Shown here: positions 1-8,721 of the stretch, in pieces
Position numbering within the stretch: position 1 is the stretch's first letter
Layout: each line of letters opens with the position of its first letter
Origin: a virus
Reading direction: 5' to 3' (one strand)
DNA: 64,000 nt
IMG/VR virus record: IMGVR_UViG_3300027413_000002
Program-made: the position numbers and the translations under genes
Notes under the pieces: generated by a model
Seen by the model: only the letters and a program-made list of their open reading frames with translations
Databases searched by the model: none
What the model was told of the DNA's origin: nothing

Positions 1-2274
1 AAGATTATTTTTCTTGAGCAGATCGTTATACAACAATGCACCCCGAACCTGAATTGGTGTTCCCTTCTGATATATGTCAGCAGTGGAACCATATTTAATA
101 AGATTGTTACATCCACGAGGGAATGAAATCTCTTCAACAGGTCTTGCTTTGAAGTCTTGCCAATTATCATCAACAAACTTTTGCAGCGCAGACTCATCTC
201 CCGTCAAACAAATACCGACTGCCGACTTCAAACTTTCTCGGACAGGAGCAGGAGTTGACGACCGAACGATCTCAAGACCCATCGCCTTCAGCTTTGGTTC
301 CTCATAACGAACACCCTCGTTGTCCCAGACGTTGAGAGCATATCGCTTTTTAGCAACCCAAATACCTTTGTCGGCAATAGCTTCACGTTTGAAGAAGATC
401 TTTTCCTCATAGGCATTTGTGTATTCAGCCAGTTTTGTCATCGCCTTTGCGATGGCTGGCTCAATCTTTTCTTCACCGATCTTGTCGAGTAAGTCGACAA
501 TTTTCGATTTAGGAAGACCATTATAATACTTTTTGACCAATTTGTCAAGGGTAATATAACAGGAATCTGTATCTGAATAGAAAGAGTAGACCTCACCCTC
601 AGTACCACAAACCTCATTCAGATATTCATCGAGTGCCTTTGCAGTCTCGCGGATGATAAACTGACCAGATAATGTAATACCCTCTGCAATCCGATCATCA
701 TAATATCTGAAGTACTGATTAGCCATCGCACCATAGAGACTGTTCAACTGAATTTTACGAGCCATTTGGAAGTTGTTGTACTTTGCGATCTTGGCTTTGA
801 GTGATGGATCTTTTGTCTTCTCAAACTCGCGCTCGGTTTGTTTCATCAGCTTCTTATACTTCTGGCGGTCGTCAAAGAATGTCTGAGTTATCTCAGCAAA
901 CACGCCCTGTTTACCACGAGTAAATGTAGCACCGTTTGCCGCCATGGCATTCTGTGTAGTGATGTCAGTATCTCGATTGAGTAACTTATCGACAGTCGTA
1001 TCAATCGGTGCTTCATCAGACACAAGAGTCTCGGGAGACATATTGTATTGCATAATGATAGATGGATACAGTGACGTGGCATCGAAACTCAAGACCCAAT
1101 CGTAACCGCCAATCTCAGGTTGCTGAACATATGCACCTTCAATCGTTCGACCCTCGTTCTCACGCTTCTGAGGAATCATAATGTTTTTCTTCAGCAGGTG
1201 ATTGTAGAGCAAGCAGTCCCAAGTCCGAACCGAGGAATAGATGTCACCGAGATTACACTTGGCATCATACGCCATTGTGGCAATCAACTCAATCAGTTTC
1301 ATCTTGTCTTCGAGTTCGTCAACAAGTTTACTATCGATGATGTTATAATCTACGAACCGATTCCAATCTTTCTCGTAAAACTCTCTGAATGTATCATAAT
1401 TGTTTTCGAGTTTCTTGTGACCGAGTTCGACCTCAGCAATGTAATCTAGTTTGTACGACTCTCGGACTTGATAGGTAAACTTCTTGTAGAGATCTAGATA
1501 GTCGAGTTGGGCAACACCTTTGATGTCATACAGAGTGTGTTCGCGACCCATCATCTTCACGCTTTTCTTGCGTGTCATATTGAATGGGCTGAATCCGTTT
1601 TTGACTTTGTTTTGTTTCTGCTCATCCTGACCACCAAGAACTCTCGCACATCGGCTCATCAGATACGGAATATCGAAAAACTCGATGTTCCAGCCAGTAA
1701 TAATATCTGGCGTATTCTGGAACCACCATGTACCAAACTTGGTCAGCAACTCATACTCATCAACACAAGACTCATATGTGACATTGAGGTTCATCACCTC
1801 ATCAGACTCAGGAGTCCAGTCACCATCGCCCCACGTGAAGATCTCTTTGGTGTTGTTATTCACCACAGTGATCAGAGTGATTCGCTCTTTAGGATTATCA
1901 ACATCAGGGAACCCATGCTCAGTCGTTGTCTCGATATCGAGAGACTGGATGTTCATCACAGACATATCAAACGGAACTTCATTTGGGTATCTGTCGGACA
2001 GATATTGATAGGTCAGATCGGTCTGACCATAGATAGGATAGTTACCGATCCCGTTGTAACTTTGCACAAACTCCCGACAATCAGAGGCACTGGTAAACTC
2101 AACTGGCTTTAGGTTTTCGCCATAGAGTCCCTTGATTTCTGATTCTTCGGGAGATCGAACATACAACTTTGGTTTGAAGGAAGGGTCACTTTCAGTGAAT
2201 GCAACCCCATCGCGGTATCCTCTGGTCAATACGTTTTTACCGTACTGCCAACAATATGTATAAAATTCAGTCAT
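1..2274 (-). CDS. 43: Family B DNA polymerase (T4 gp43), truncated at window edge
   Basis: Manual translation from ATG at 2274 (MTEFYTYCWQYG...). Motifs seen: SLDIET, GWNIEFFDIPY, SFDATSLYPS, KIQLNSLYG, YSDTDS. The same frame is still coding at base 1. Absent from the ORF track, presumably because there is no stop in the window. Confidence 0.97.
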   Translation of the reverse strand, partial: MTEFYTYCWQYGKNVLTRGYRDGVAFTESDPSFKPKLYVRSPEESEIKGLYGENLKPVEFTSASDCREFVQSYNGIGNYPIYGQTDLTYQYLSDRYPNEVPFDMSVMNIQSLDIETTTEHGFPDVDNPKERITLITVVNNNTKEIFTWGDGDWTPESDEVMNLNVTYESCVDEYELLTKFGTWWFQNTPDIITGWNIEFFDIPYLMSRCARVLGGQDEQKQNKVKNGFSPFNMTRKKSVKMMGREHTLYDIKGVAQLDYLDLYKKFTYQVRESYKLDYIAEVELGHKKLENNYDTFREFYEKDWNRFVDYNIIDSKLVDELEDKMKLIELIATMAYDAKCNLGDIYSSVRTWDCLLYNHLLKKNIMIPQKRENEGRTIEGAYVQQPEIGGYDWVLSFDATSLYPSIIMQYNMSPETLVSDEAPIDTTVDKLLNRDTDITTQNAMAANGATFTRGKQGVFAEITQTFFDDRQKYKKLMKQTEREFEKTKDPSLKAKIAKYNNFQMARKIQLNSLYGAMANQYFRYYDDRIAEGITLSGQFIIRETAKALDEYLNEVCGTEGEVYSFYSDTDSCYITLDKLVKKYYNGLPKSKIVDLLDKIGEEKIEPAIAKAMTKLAEYTNAYEEKIFFKREAIADKGIWVAKKRYALNVWDNEGVRYEEPKLKAMGLEIVRSSTPAPVRESLKSAVGICLTGDESALQKFVDDNWQDFKARPVEEISFPRGCNNLIKYGSTADIYQKGTPIQVRGALLYNDLLKKNNL

Positions 2275-2280
2275 GTACAC

Positions 2281-2309
2281 ATTATGCCCCAATCAGAGGC
2301 AAATGTCAA
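2281..2309 (-). promoter_or_regulatory. sigma70-type promoter for gp43 (TTGACA-N17-CATAAT); predicts a leaderless mRNA
   Basis: -35 at 2309-2304 and -10 at 2286-2281; the ATG begins 7 nt downstream of the -10 box. Confidence 0.8.
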
Positions 2310-2317
2310 GCACTGAT

Positions 2318-2638
2318 TTATGTGATTATACTTTGTTTTTTAGGGGTGATGATACTGCTACCGTAGTGAGTATTGTACTCGTCCTTCATCTGGGAAGTCG
2401 GTTGCATAACAGCAATGACGTGCTGAGGCATAATATGCATTGTGTTCTCGTGTGCATATGGCGCGTATGGCGCAAGACCAATACTAAACTTACCGTCATT
2501 TTCAGTTGGCTGTAGGACAATCACTGCTGGCTTTTGTAAGACGATGATTTGACGCTCATCTACAACGATGTCAGTAACCTGACCGATTACTTCCTCGCCA
2601 GAGGATAATTTTAAGATTTGGATTTGTGGTTCGCTCAT
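2318..2638 (-). CDS. Conserved T4-like hypothetical protein (Sm-like, KLSSGEEVIG)
   Basis: ORF at the usual position between hsp20 and gp43 in marine T4-like phages. Confidence 0.7.
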   Translation of the reverse strand: MSEPQIQILKLSSGEEVIGQVTDIVVDERQIIVLQKPAVIVLQPTENDGKFSIGLAPYAPYAHENTMHIMPQHVIAVMQPTSQMKDEYNTHYGSSIITPKKQSIIT

Positions 2639-2657
2639 GATATATTTCCTGATTGTT

Positions 2658-2678
2658 GGGGGAGCAATGCGCTCCCCC
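2658..2678. terminator. GC-rich hairpin GGGGGAGC-AATGC-GCTCCCCC (terminator or stability hairpin)
   Basis: Perfect 8-bp inverted repeat just after the hsp20 stop. It has a T-rich tail only on the + strand and follows a GATAAATA late-promoter variant on the - strand. Confidence 0.55.
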
Positions 2679-2686
2679 TTATTTAT

Positions 2687-3142
2687 CTACTCTTGTAGAA
2701 ACTGTTTTTTGATTGCAATGGTTTTTGGCTTACGTTCTTCTGGAATGATATGTTCTAGAGAGATTGTAAGAATACCATCATTAAAGTTTGCACCTGCGAC
2801 TTCAACGTCCTGATTTAATGCAAATGTCTTGGTAAAGTTTCTCGCGCCAATGCCCTTGTGGACAAATTTACGATCGTCTTCAGCACCCTGAATGCCTTGC
2901 ACAACAAGTTTGTTTCCTTCTGGGACTTGAGTGATTGTCAACTCTTCATCGCTGAATCCAGCTGCAGCAAATTCAATAGTGTATTTGCCATCGCCTTCAT
3001 CGACAATGTTATAGGGTGGATAATTGTTGGAAAGTTCTGCCACATTATTTAGATTCTCGAATACTTGGTCGAATCCAATAGTGAATGGGGCAAGGTTTGA
3101 TGCGATCTCATGGAGATCTCGTGCTCTGAATTTAGTAACCAT
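2687..3142 (-). CDS. hsp20: Small heat-shock protein (Hsp20/IbpA family)
   Basis: IGFD, NYPPYNIV, AAAGF, HKGIGARNF and DGILTI motifs. Confidence 0.95.
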   Translation of the reverse strand: MVTKFRARDLHEIASNLAPFTIGFDQVFENLNNVAELSNNYPPYNIVDEGDGKYTIEFAAAGFSDEELTITQVPEGNKLVVQGIQGAEDDRKFVHKGIGARNFTKTFALNQDVEVAGANFNDGILTISLEHIIPEERKPKTIAIKKQFLQE

Positions 3143-3197
3143 AATGGTCTCCTTATATTAAGCGAGTTTTAATTGTTGCGATCCTTTCGGCATCGCA
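3143..3197 (-). promoter_or_regulatory. ROSE-like RNA thermometer in the hsp20 5'UTR
   Basis: CUC-G-CUU-AAUAU-AAGGAG hairpin (3166-3149) sequesters the SD with a bulged G. An upstream GAAA-capped hairpin lies at 3197-3177. Confidence 0.65.
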
Positions 3198-3202
3198 TTC
3201 TA

Positions 3203-3231
3203 TATATAATACTTTACGACAAAAATGTCAA
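3203..3231 (-). promoter_or_regulatory. sigma70-type promoter upstream of hsp20
   Basis: TTGACA at 3231-3226 followed by AT-rich TATTATATATA. Confidence 0.6.
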
Positions 3232-3232
3232 G

Positions 3233-3649
3233 CTATTTTTTGCCAATATTATATTTGGTTATAAGTTCCCAATCGCCCTTTTCTTTGAACGAGAGAACTT
3301 TAATCTGACTCAGCGGTGCTTGTTCAGCATGCTGCTCTTCAGACATAATTGTCATCAATCCCCAATCGGAAAGTAATTTCGCGATTGTATTTCTGCGTTC
3401 TAAATCACCTTCACCAAAGTCTGCTGCCTTTCCATCAAGCGCAAACAGTTCTTTGAAGTGTGTGATGAAGTATCTACCTTGCTTGTGTAAAATATGACAA
3501 GACTGGTATAAAACTTGTTCTTTTCTGGAAGCAACGCCAATGCGGGATAAGGTTTCTCTAATCTTTAGAAAGTCATCTGCATCTTTTAAAGTGATTTCTA
3601 GCGGTGCGTATCCAGGATATTCAATCTGGAAGAAATCTTCACTCATCAT
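3233..3649 (-). CDS. regA: Translational repressor RegA
   Basis: DDFLKIRETLSRIGVASRK, LYQSCHILHKQGRYFITHFKELFALDGK, KYNIG. Confidence 0.97.
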   Translation of the reverse strand: MMSEDFFQIEYPGYAPLEITLKDADDFLKIRETLSRIGVASRKEQVLYQSCHILHKQGRYFITHFKELFALDGKAADFGEGDLERRNTIAKLLSDWGLMTIMSEEQHAEQAPLSQIKVLSFKEKGDWELITKYNIGKK

Positions 3650-3686
3650 AAATCCTATTCTTTTTCTTTTTAAGAGTGTCTGGATT

Positions 3687-3698
3687 TATTTATAAATA
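3687..3698. promoter_or_regulatory. Overlapping divergent T4 late promoters (palindrome TATTTATAAATA)
   Basis: TATAAATA on - (3694-3687) toward regA and on + (3691-3698) toward ORF 3704. Confidence 0.75.
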
Positions 3699-3703
3699 TC
3701 AGT

Positions 3704-4366
3704 ATGTCAGCAACTCACCAATACTTTTTTCCCTGTAAGGATCTGCTTTCTCCTGAGGAGAGAATCATTCTCAAAAAACTTTGTGATGAAATATCGAGAG
3801 TCGGTGACCAATTACATGGTGGTGGTTATGAAGAAATTGCAGATCCACATTTCATTGCTGAGATATCCAAAGTTCACGAAAACACCACCAGTAAAAATTG
3901 GTCTGGTATATCAGAACCCAGCATGATACAATCTATCCCAGAGTTTAAGCAGAAGTATCTTGACACAATCAACAACATTGTTGAGAGATACAACGGGGAT
4001 GGTTGGAGATTCCTTGGGTCAAGAAATGACGAAGAATGTATTGCAATACACAGGGATCCAAAAATGGGATACATAACAAATATATCTATTCCACTCATTC
4101 CCGACTATGCATTTTTCAGACCAACAAATTTCTACACCGATCTCAATAAAGAGAGCCTGATACACCAAGCCAATTATGAGGTATTTAGATCTCCTGCGAT
4201 TTTAAATATGAGAAAACCACATAATGCAGGTAATTTTTTCAGAGAACATTTGCTTGGTGTTTACAATGGTTCTAGTATAACATTTCAGGTTATGTTTCTG
4301 GACTCATATGATAACGTGAAATCAAAATTCAAACAGAAAGGTTGGTTATCGACCACCCCTTTCTAA
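3704..4366 (+). CDS. Putative 2OG-Fe(II)/cupin-fold oxygenase-like protein
   Basis: IHRD...NISIPL...PAILNMRKPHN pattern (HxD...H); has its own late promoter; opposite strand to its neighbours. Confidence 0.55.
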   Translation: MSATHQYFFPCKDLLSPEERIILKKLCDEISRVGDQLHGGGYEEIADPHFIAEISKVHENTTSKNWSGISEPSMIQSIPEFKQKYLDTINNIVERYNGDGWRFLGSRNDEECIAIHRDPKMGYITNISIPLIPDYAFFRPTNFYTDLNKESLIHQANYEVFRSPAILNMRKPHNAGNFFREHLLGVYNGSSITFQVMFLDSYDNVKSKFKQKGWLSTTPF

Positions 4367-4792
4367 TTTTTTCCTTATAACTTCCAACTGCTGATCAGTC
4401 AAGATTCTCAACGCACCCTGAGCATGGGTGTCATTGTACCCATAATACTCTTTGACGATAGCCAAGTCTTCTTCCTTGATAGGTTTCAACCATTTGTTAA
4501 ATCGTTTCTTGGGTCGAACAACGCCACGGAGGAAGTCAAACTGTGCCTTCTTATCGACATGAGGTCGGCTGTTCATTTCATTACAAGCAATCACCGTGTC
4601 AGCACCATAGCTGAGTGCCTTGTTGATGATGAACGCATTGTATTGTTTCTCAGACCAGTCGTCAACAATCATATCCGCTTTGGTGTGGTGGATGGCATTG
4701 ACGAAATCAAATGGGCTGATTGTCTTTTTCTTTACTTTAAATTGTTCTTCGTCCAGCTGTACAACTGGATCTCCCATACCCTCAAGTGTCAT
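4346..4792 (-). CDS. 62: Clamp loader small subunit gp62
   Basis: SPFDFVNAI, YNAFIINKALS, RPKKRFNKW, VKEYYGYN; synteny. Confidence 0.93.
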   Translation of the reverse strand: MTLEGMGDPVVQLDEEQFKVKKKTISPFDFVNAIHHTKADMIVDDWSEKQYNAFIINKALSYGADTVIACNEMNSRPHVDKKAQFDFLRGVVRPKKRFNKWLKPIKEEDLAIVKEYYGYNDTHAQGALRILTDQQLEVIRKKLERGGR

Positions 4793-5571
4793 AATATATT
4801 CCTGTAATCGAATGCAATCCTGTGCAGTAATCTGTTTTCCATTCCAGCAAACTTATGTCTCTTATGCAGCGATAACCACTGCTCGCTGATTACAATGTCG
4901 CCATCTTTCCAGTGATGGTGGTATTGATAGAATGGGTCTAAACAAAATTCTTTTAACTCGTCAAAAAATGGATCATATTCCTCATTGAATATTTGCAAGA
5001 ACGGGAAATATAATCCCTCAACGCCTGCATCATTCTTATGGTAAATATCGAATGGCTCCTCACCAACATGGTCGAAAAAATATTCGCTGTCACTTATTCG
5101 CCCTTTTTCATAACCACACCAGATCTTTTTTGTTTTTGCAGTTTCTTTCATATGCTCTGGTAGATCTTCCCAGACCTTCGCCATATTCAACCAGCTTGTA
5201 ACAGAACCCTCAGAACCTTTAACAGCATACAACCAAATGAGTGGCCATCTTTTTTTATTTGAGGTTTGATTGGCATGCCAGTCTAACTCGGATACATGTC
5301 CAAACAGACCTTCCTTACCATCTTCGTCTTTTGCCCCAGTAACCCGAAGAACATTTTCGTTAACAGCAATTGGTTTTGTAAAATGTTTGATGTGTTCTTG
5401 TTCGTGATAATTCTCAACCTCACCAATCATCTTACAGAATCTGACTTGATCTTCTGGTGTCAGGTTTTTTTGGTCTTTAATTACGACAACTATATTTTCA
5501 AGTAATGCTTCACCGACTATTTCAGCCGTTGCTTCAGTAGCATTTTTTATATCAACTTCTAAGTTCAACAT
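4789..5571 (-). CDS. TauD/TfdA-family dioxygenase-like protein
   Basis: VVVIKDQ, DWHAN, HHWKDGDIVI, LHKR and RLLHRI follow the TauD layout. Confidence 0.8.
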   Translation of the reverse strand: MLNLEVDIKNATEATAEIVGEALLENIVVVIKDQKNLTPEDQVRFCKMIGEVENYHEQEHIKHFTKPIAVNENVLRVTGAKDEDGKEGLFGHVSELDWHANQTSNKKRWPLIWLYAVKGSEGSVTSWLNMAKVWEDLPEHMKETAKTKKIWCGYEKGRISDSEYFFDHVGEEPFDIYHKNDAGVEGLYFPFLQIFNEEYDPFFDELKEFCLDPFYQYHHHWKDGDIVISEQWLSLHKRHKFAGMENRLLHRIAFDYRNIL

Positions 5572-6493
5572 TCGCCATAATCTCCGTGAGGCAAGCAGTC
5601 AAATTAATTTCCTGGTCGGCAACAAAAGCTGCCTTGTATTGATAGTCTGCAATGAGAAGAACAAGTTGTGGAACTTGCGCTGCTTTGTCCAAGAGCGTAT
5701 CGTAGATCTTACGATAAACACCTTGCGGGTCTGCGTCAACATTGTTGGCGACCCATTGGCGCATTTTCTTCCAGTCCTTGTCACGCAGACTATCAACCAG
5801 TGCTTTGGTATTTACTTCAGCGAGGTTAGAAAGGATTCCCTCGTCAATTTTACCAGACACACTATAGCGTTGCAATTCATTGAGGACACGTCGATAATCA
5901 GGAAAATGTTTCATCAAAAGTTCAGCAAGGACTTTTTCAGAATACTCAACATTTTCTTGGTCGAGGATACGAGCCATTCGCTTCATAAAGCGAGCCGCCA
6001 TCTGTTGGCGATTGGTCTTATCGAGTTTAAAATCCACGACCGTGGTTCGACTGTGTAACGGATCGATAATCCTGTTCTTAAAGTTACAGGTAAATATGAA
6101 CCGACAGTTTGATGAGAACTCCTCAATGAATGCACGCAAGGCAGGTTGTGTTGAATTAGGATTCAGATAATCTGCTTCGTCAAGAATAACCACTTTTGGC
6201 TTGCCCACAAAGGACATAGTACTGGCGAAGTCTTTGATCTTTGTCCGAAGAACATCAATCCCAGACTCCTCAGAGCCATTGATAATAATATAGTCACATC
6301 CTAATTCATTACACAACGCACGAGCGACCGTCGTCTTGCCCGTGCCAGCAGTACCACATAACAGCAAGTTCGAAATCTCTCCAGCTTCCACGAACTGTTG
6401 GAATGTATCCAAGAGAGAGGAGGGAAGAATACATTCCTCCAGTGTTTGTGGGCGGTATTTTTCAACCCAAAGAAATTCGTCTTGCTTCATCAT
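5552..6493 (-). CDS. 44: Clamp loader large subunit gp44
   Basis: LWVEKYRP, GTAGTGKT, ILDEAD, HSR. Confidence 0.97.
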   Translation of the reverse strand: MMKQDEFLWVEKYRPQTLEECILPSSLLDTFQQFVEAGEISNLLLCGTAGTGKTTVARALCNELGCDYIIINGSEESGIDVLRTKIKDFASTMSFVGKPKVVILDEADYLNPNSTQPALRAFIEEFSSNCRFIFTCNFKNRIIDPLHSRTTVVDFKLDKTNRQQMAARFMKRMARILDQENVEYSEKVLAELLMKHFPDYRRVLNELQRYSVSGKIDEGILSNLAEVNTKALVDSLRDKDWKKMRQWVANNVDADPQGVYRKIYDTLLDKAAQVPQLVLLIADYQYKAAFVADQEINLTACLTEIMANVELRS

Positions 6494-6502
6494 ATAATAC
6501 TC

Positions 6503-7108
6503 CTATCCAATTTTATCTTCAGAACCTATACCATCTGATAGGTTCAACTGTAACGCTTCACCACCTGTATCATACTCCCTTCCTTCCAAAAAGGCAAGGA
6601 TATTCTGCGGAGAAGATACACCATATGGGTCGTCCAAAGCATTGTTTGTAAAACCTCGTTCAACGAACGTCTGTTCGATCTCAAAGTTCTTCACAATCAT
6701 AGCATAACGCCATGAACGAATACCGAAGCCAAGGTTGTCCTTGTAAACATCCATTCCCATGGAAGAAGTAAACTTACCAGATCCATCTGGGATTACTTTG
6801 ACGTGTTCAAGTCCTTGATCTTCTGCCCACTTATTCATCACAAAGGTATCATTTACTGATACACAGAAGATGTTTTCAACACCTGCCTTCTGAAACCGAG
6901 GATATAACTCCTCGAAATCAGGAAGCTGGAATGTAGAACAAGTGGGAGTGAAGGCTCCAGGAAGTGCGAAGATAACACACTTCTCTCGACCTACAATCTC
7001 ATGGGATAATTGCATTTCCCATGCGAAAGGATTATCACCACCAACGGATTCATCTCGAACACGGACGTGGTGTACCACATTTGGAATGCGGTGTGGAAAT
7101 AAAGGCAT
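6503..7108 (-). CDS. Peroxiredoxin (Prx5-type)
   Basis: LPGAFTPTCS, SVNDTFVM, PDGSG, GFGIRSWRY. Confidence 0.92.
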   Translation of the reverse strand: MPLFPHRIPNVVHHVRVRDESVGGDNPFAWEMQLSHEIVGREKCVIFALPGAFTPTCSTFQLPDFEELYPRFQKAGVENIFCVSVNDTFVMNKWAEDQGLEHVKVIPDGSGKFTSSMGMDVYKDNLGFGIRSWRYAMIVKNFEIEQTFVERGFTNNALDDPYGVSSPQNILAFLEGREYDTGGEALQLNLSDGIGSEDKIG

Positions 7109-7117
7109 GGTGTCTCC

Positions 7118-7774
7118 TTAAATTACAGAGTTTGGCTCGAGAGCCAGCCAGTATTTCATAGTCCCTGATTCATTTTCAAGGAACATAAACTTCTTTTGTG
7201 ACAAGACGATCTTATAAGAATCGGCAATCACTTTGAAGTTCTCAACAGCGAGACGGCAATCAAACTCTTTATCAGTCTCACCAATAACCTGACGGAAGGT
7301 GTTACTACGAGGAGTTGATGGGTCACCGACAGACAATGTCACTTCACCGTCACGACCAACAACACTCATTACTGGTGCACTGATAACAGAAGCAGCACGA
7401 GTGATAGTCGTGATTTGCTCTTTATCCATCGTGAATTCAAAGAAGTTATCGACATCAATAGTCTTGTCAGGGGCAGCAGTAATGATAGATGGGTCTGCGT
7501 AGAAATACTCAAACTCAGCACCACCGCTGTTGATTTTTAAACTCCCTTCACCAAGATCAAGATCTGGAGTATCAGTGAATGTCAGCAAACCCAACAGGCT
7601 GTTGAGGTCATAGATAGCGAACTCTTTGTCAAAAGATTCCGTCACTGTGGCGCGGGAGAAAATGTTCTTGCCAGCACTGATAGTGGCAAGGGTGTTACCT
7701 TCACGAACTAGAATGTTCGAGTTAATCGTTGCGAAGTTTTTTAAGACTTCAAGGGTTGGTTTAGAAATGTTCAT
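7118..7774 (-). CDS. 45: Sliding clamp gp45
   Basis: MNISKPTLEVLKNFATIN, FAIYDLN, KYWLALE; start moved to the ATG at 7774 after a GAGGA SD. Confidence 0.95.
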   Translation of the reverse strand: MNISKPTLEVLKNFATINSNILVREGNTLATISAGKNIFSRATVTESFDKEFAIYDLNSLLGLLTFTDTPDLDLGEGSLKINSGGAEFEYFYADPSIITAAPDKTIDVDNFFEFTMDKEQITTITRAASVISAPVMSVVGRDGEVTLSVGDPSTPRSNTFRQVIGETDKEFDCRLAVENFKVIADSYKIVLSQKKFMFLENESGTMKYWLALEPNSVI

Positions 7775-7809
7775 AATATAGTTCCTCTTTCTTTTCAAGT
7801 AGTTTCATA

Positions 7810-7838
7810 ATAATACATCATTAGTGCGCAATAGTCAA
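7810..7838 (-). promoter_or_regulatory. sigma70-type promoter for gp45 (TTGACT-N17-TATTAT)
   Basis: Read directly; the -35 box includes the TGA stop of the upstream ORF. Confidence 0.7.
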
Positions 7839-8158
7839 GCATCTTCTTCATATTTTTTCAACTCAAATGTCAAGTTCGGATGTATCTCGTAAAAATCTAC
7901 ATCTTCTTGATTGACAGTTTGAGAGAAAAGGTTGATAATTTCTTCGAGTTGATCTTCATCACTCAATTTAATGGTAGTTGTGAGAGAAAGACCATCGATT
8001 GATATATGTTGTGAAAACATCCCAGAGTATTCGTCAACTTTTATTTTTATTTCTTCATAAATTCTTATAGTATCAACATTGGGTTCAGATGGACCAAACA
8101 TATCACCAAGAGAATTTCGAGTTATTATATAATCTATGCAGTAATTTCTTGAAGACAT
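7835..8158 (-). CDS. Hypothetical protein, last gene of the lipid cassette
   Basis: 107-aa acidic ORF overlapping the upstream gene. Confidence 0.55.
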   Translation of the reverse strand: MSSRNYCIDYIITRNSLGDMFGPSEPNVDTIRIYEEIKIKVDEYSGMFSQHISIDGLSLTTTIKLSDEDQLEEIINLFSQTVNQEDVDFYEIHPNLTFELKKYEEDA

Positions 8159-8721
8159 TTTAAAATTTCTTTCTCATAATCGTCATAGTTTAGATACAGT
8201 GCAGTCTGTTCAGTGTACTTATAATTCACAGGTGATTCATATTCCACGAATGGCATATTAGGAAATACCGTGTAGTCATTCTTCTTTGGATCGACAGTTT
8301 TTGACAAACTCTTCAATCTCCACCTATTATGCTCGTTCACAAAAAACATCATAGCGCGGTAATCATCTTTTGCAAATCTTACAACGTGATGAACAAGTTT
8401 TTGAATCACAGTTATACTTTTCTTTATGCCTAGATCTGGTATCACGTATAGTCTGACAGGGCAGACGAATATATTCTTATCGCCTTCATATGGATAGAAC
8501 CCCATACCGCCAAGATACTTATCGTCTTCTTCGTATGCGAAATATCCACCCTCATCATACGCCTTCTGTTTGAAGATCTGGTGCAGCAATGTTTCTGGGC
8601 GATCCCACCAATCTAAGAATTCTATGTTTTCAGCGGTTGGGTCTGTATTAAACTCAGCGGTCTTACACATATCAAAGAGTTTATTATCAACAATGTGTTG
8701 ACTATCTATCCTCACGAACAT
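8134..8721 (-). CDS. GNAT-fold acyltransferase-like protein
   Basis: Beta-hairpin YFAYEEDDKYLGGMGF, RLYVIP (motif A-like) and FFVNEHN (motif B-like). Confidence 0.5.
   Translation of the reverse strand: MFVRIDSQHIVDNKLFDMCKTAEFNTDPTAENIEFLDWWDRPETLLHQIFKQKAYDEGGYFAYEEDDKYLGGMGFYPYEGDKNIFVCPVRLYVIPDLGIKKSITVIQKLVHHVVRFAKDDYRAMMFFVNEHNRWRLKSLSKTVDPKKNDYTVFPNMPFVEYESPVNYKYTEQTALYLNYDDYEKEILKCLQEITA

Noticed and set aside
74-2515. Several + strand ORFs and a 64-aa - strand ORF in the first 2.5 kb
   Set aside because: They are shadows of the gp43 frame, which the ORF track missed.
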